From contig LSRY02000060.1 in the NCBI GenBank assembly GCA_001643675.2, positions 248,001 through 312,000 of the forward strand: DNA of 64,000 nucleotides, in the 5' to 3' direction. Source of the DNA: Monocercomonoides exilis PA203 (taxonomy: Eukaryota > Protista > Preaxostyla). Every line of letters begins with the position of its first letter. The stretch's first letter is position 1. Shown in pieces: positions 61,186 to 64,000 of the stretch. The notes below the pieces were generated by a model, which ran no database searches, had not been told where the DNA came from, and saw nothing but the letters and a program-made list of their open reading frames with translations. Made by a program: the position numbers and the translations under genes.

Positions 61186-63684
61186 TTAAAGAGCATTTAG
61201 TGCTTCTGATGATAGGGAATGCCTTCTGACACCAGAGATCCTATTCATCCTTGAAAAGATTCGTTTGCAGCTTGCTTCGCTGCATTGAGACGAAACAAAT
61301 GAAAAACAGATGTTTGAGTATATTGTTTGAATAGGTCCTTTCTTCGTGATCTCTGCGTAGAACTTTTGTGTATCATCTTCAAATATTAAGCTTGGTGCTT
61401 CATTCAAAAAATCCAGAAACAGTTTGAAACATAAATCCCTGATCTCTTTTGATTGATTTGATTATCCTGTTGCAAAGTGTCTTTCAAAACTTTGTCTAAT
61501 TAGTGTATCCCAGCAAGATGATAAGGAGCACACCACTTGATCGCAAACTTCTTTCTCTTTTCTAGTTCCAGTTGGGAAGTCAAATTGATCTTCTAGTTTG
61601 AAAACAGCACCTCCACATCATCTCCTCCACATTCTATTTCATCAGTTCCGTCTTCCATTGCATCTTCAATTAAGTCATGAGAATTATCTCAGAAAAATGT
61701 GATGTGAGAATATGTCAAACATGTCGAAGAAAAACTATCAAAAGAAGAGCACGAGGAAGTTGTTGAAGGAAACGAAAAAGACTCATGAATGCTTTCATCT
61801 TTTTTCTTTTCGCTTAGTTTGAAGGATCCGGTCATAATAAATTCATCATCTTCTGAATAATCTTCAGCCATGCATAAGCCAAACAAGTCCTCTTCACTAG
61901 ACTCTGTTTCACTTTCGTCACTTTTGCTTTCCTTTCTTGAAGCTTCAATGTTTTCAAATTCTGAACGCTTGAAATTGGAAACCATGATGATCATGCTGCA
62001 AATTTCTTCAATAATTTCTTTTGATTGATAACCTTCATCTTCCTCGATGCCATTTCTTACAACTTTGTCATAACAGCACAATTGTCCTTTATTTTATGTA
62101 GTTTATGTGACACATAGTTCAATGCTTCAAAAAAACAGTCATTTGTTAGAGAATAACAAACTGACAGATGTGGTTGTTCTGAAAGAGTTTGAGATGAAGG
62201 ATTTGAAGCGCAAATGATAGGTGAATGTGTGAATGATGAATATTCCGAAGTTGAAGAGGATTGTTGAAATGAGATTGATTGCTTTGGCTCTGAATTCAAC
62301 GGTGTGCAAGAAATAGATTTTTCTGCTTCAAAAAAAGAAATTGAAAATTTATTTCGAATGAAATTTTGAAGTCCTGTTGGAGACAACACATACGATAACG
62401 ATATAAATTCACCAGTGTTCCCGGTTTATATGTAATTATGGAATATTATTATAAAATTTTCAAAAACATTTTTCCATTCTGTTTCTTTAATAAATGAAAG
62501 ATTTTATTCCATATTGCAAACCGAATGCATTCAGCACCTTTGGAAAGACATTTCCCATCTTTGTTCTTTCATTTTCCATTTCTAAATGCAATTTTTGAAT
62601 TGGAAAAAGGAGAAGTTCTGTGATCATAATGTTTCTTATTTGATCGAATTTTAATAATTTTTCGAAAAATATCTTTTCTCGGTTTTTTCTTATAAAGTGA
62701 CAAATAGAATACAAGCACAGCCATCTCGTTTGAATAAATGTCGGACATTTCCGTTTCAAGGATTTTTTCACAGAAGAAGTGCGGGCATTTTTTGCAAATT
62801 CTGTAATAATTGTTTTCTGGTTCTTCAGAAAAGGGATTTCAGAAAACGCGTGTACAACAACCAAATTCAACAAATGATTCATACAGTAAACGAAAAATGG
62901 AGCAGCCTATAAATTTTTAATTAGTAACTTTTCCTTATTTTCCATTGGAATTGAAATATTTTCAATTGCTTTTTTTTGAGGACTTAAGCCATCCGAACAA
63001 AAACAGCGAACATGCGCATTGATTAGTTCCAGTTCCCGAATTACTGTCCAAGCTAGTTTTCTGTACTGCTTTGCATTGTTGCAGTTCGGATATGCTTTCC
63101 AAAACACTGATGATGTATTTGGTACCAATGGAGCTATCGTAACAACTATGCACTTCTGATTTCCCACAACACCTGAATCCAACGAAACACAAACGCCCAT
63201 TCCCCTCAGTGGCAGCGTCACGCTTCTGTTTTGCAAACTCACTGTCATCAATAACCTTTCTTTGTATTTTCTTTCTTGTTAGGAATGGGAAAATGTTTGA
63301 CGGAGACAATCCTGGATTCATTTGAGATAAATGAATTAAGGCTGTGATAAAATTATTAAATTCTTTTGAAGACGCTGATAAGAAAGATATGTTGCAATGG
63401 TTTATTATTTTCGTAAATAATGTCTGTAAATTGGTGGATGTGCTCTGAATCAGTGTTCTTTCTTTGCTTTCCCTAATACGATCGATTTTTTGAAGAGCTT
63501 TCTGCTCTTTGAAAGAAAACATAATGCGATTTTCTAATAAAAAACAACGATGATTTCTTATTGCAACGTAACTGCGACGACCACTTGTTCCACATATTTG
63601 ATTTCCCCGAACATTTGGGCATAAATATTGTTTATGATATTCTTTTGTTGGAGAGCCATCAATGTTTGAAGGAAAAAATGACAT
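61186..63684 (-). pseudogene. Second hAT transposase, fragmented paralogue of 18512-21145
   Basis: CNISFLSASSKEFNNFITALIH, VSLDSG, FCSDG, NHLLNLVVVHAFS, CPTFIQTRW, CSEASCKRIFSR. Many frameshifts; termini not identified. Confidence 0.9.
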
Positions 63685-64000
63685 CCATATTTGATTATTG
63701 ATGACCTCTAAAGATATTCTGGTTAAATATTCATTGTTTTTCTTTGTGTGCTTGTAAACTTTTTTTAAATAATCAAAGCAAAAACATATTAAATATTTAG
63801 TAACATCAAACTTGCTCCTTTTTCATTTGATCCCACTTGCTCCAGTTTTAGAAAACAGCATCCGTGATTGTTCAATTCTTCCTTTTTTTTTGCAAAAGCC
63901 AGTTTCTGATTAAGTGAAACAAAAAATCATGCTTCAATTATCAAAACAAAAGAAGCAAGTTATTAAACGCACAAACTATTTGATTATCCACCAAGGCATT

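Noticed and set aside
1-64000. CRISPR array, rRNA or bacterial contamination (suggested by phage-like fibres)
   Set aside because: There is no repeat-spacer pattern or rRNA motif. The fibres sit inside a Polinton interrupted by eukaryotic, intron-containing elements.

Overview
This is an AT-rich eukaryotic window with short GT-AG introns and long Glu/Ser-type microsatellites. The gene set resembles metamonad (oxymonad/parabasalid) elements, but that host assignment is only an inference. Almost the whole window is one nested pile of mobile DNA. A decayed Polinton/Maverick-type endogenous virus (2473-59815, ~670-bp TIRs, ~19 kb once inserts are removed) encodes pPolB, integrase, two phage-tail-fibre-like proteins, KilA-N, primase-SF3 helicase, putative capsid proteins and a packaging ATPase. 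It is interrupted by a 269-bp MITE, a 4.45-kb GGG..CCC element and a Helitron (13435-46917). The Helitron is itself interrupted by a hAT element with an intact transposase (13984-21787, 8-bp TSD), a second MITE copy and an 18-kb GGG..CCC element inserted in its first intron (21978-40064, ATAT TSD). The centre of that 18-kb element is the most unusual part. It holds a Sola2-like DDD transposase with a ubiquitin-specific protease (USP/C19) domain inserted into it. This gene is followed directly by a ~140-nt GC-rich multi-stem RNA-like structure and bracketed by an apparently identical 1309-bp inverted repeat, and a decayed AlkB-like gene is possible cargo. Other oddities are a 72-nt tRNA-like sequence in both Polinton TIRs and an inverted-repeat/iteron-like pair around the primase-helicase gene. 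A second, broken hAT transposase lies at the right end. All family assignments come from motifs recognised by eye; no database search was run.
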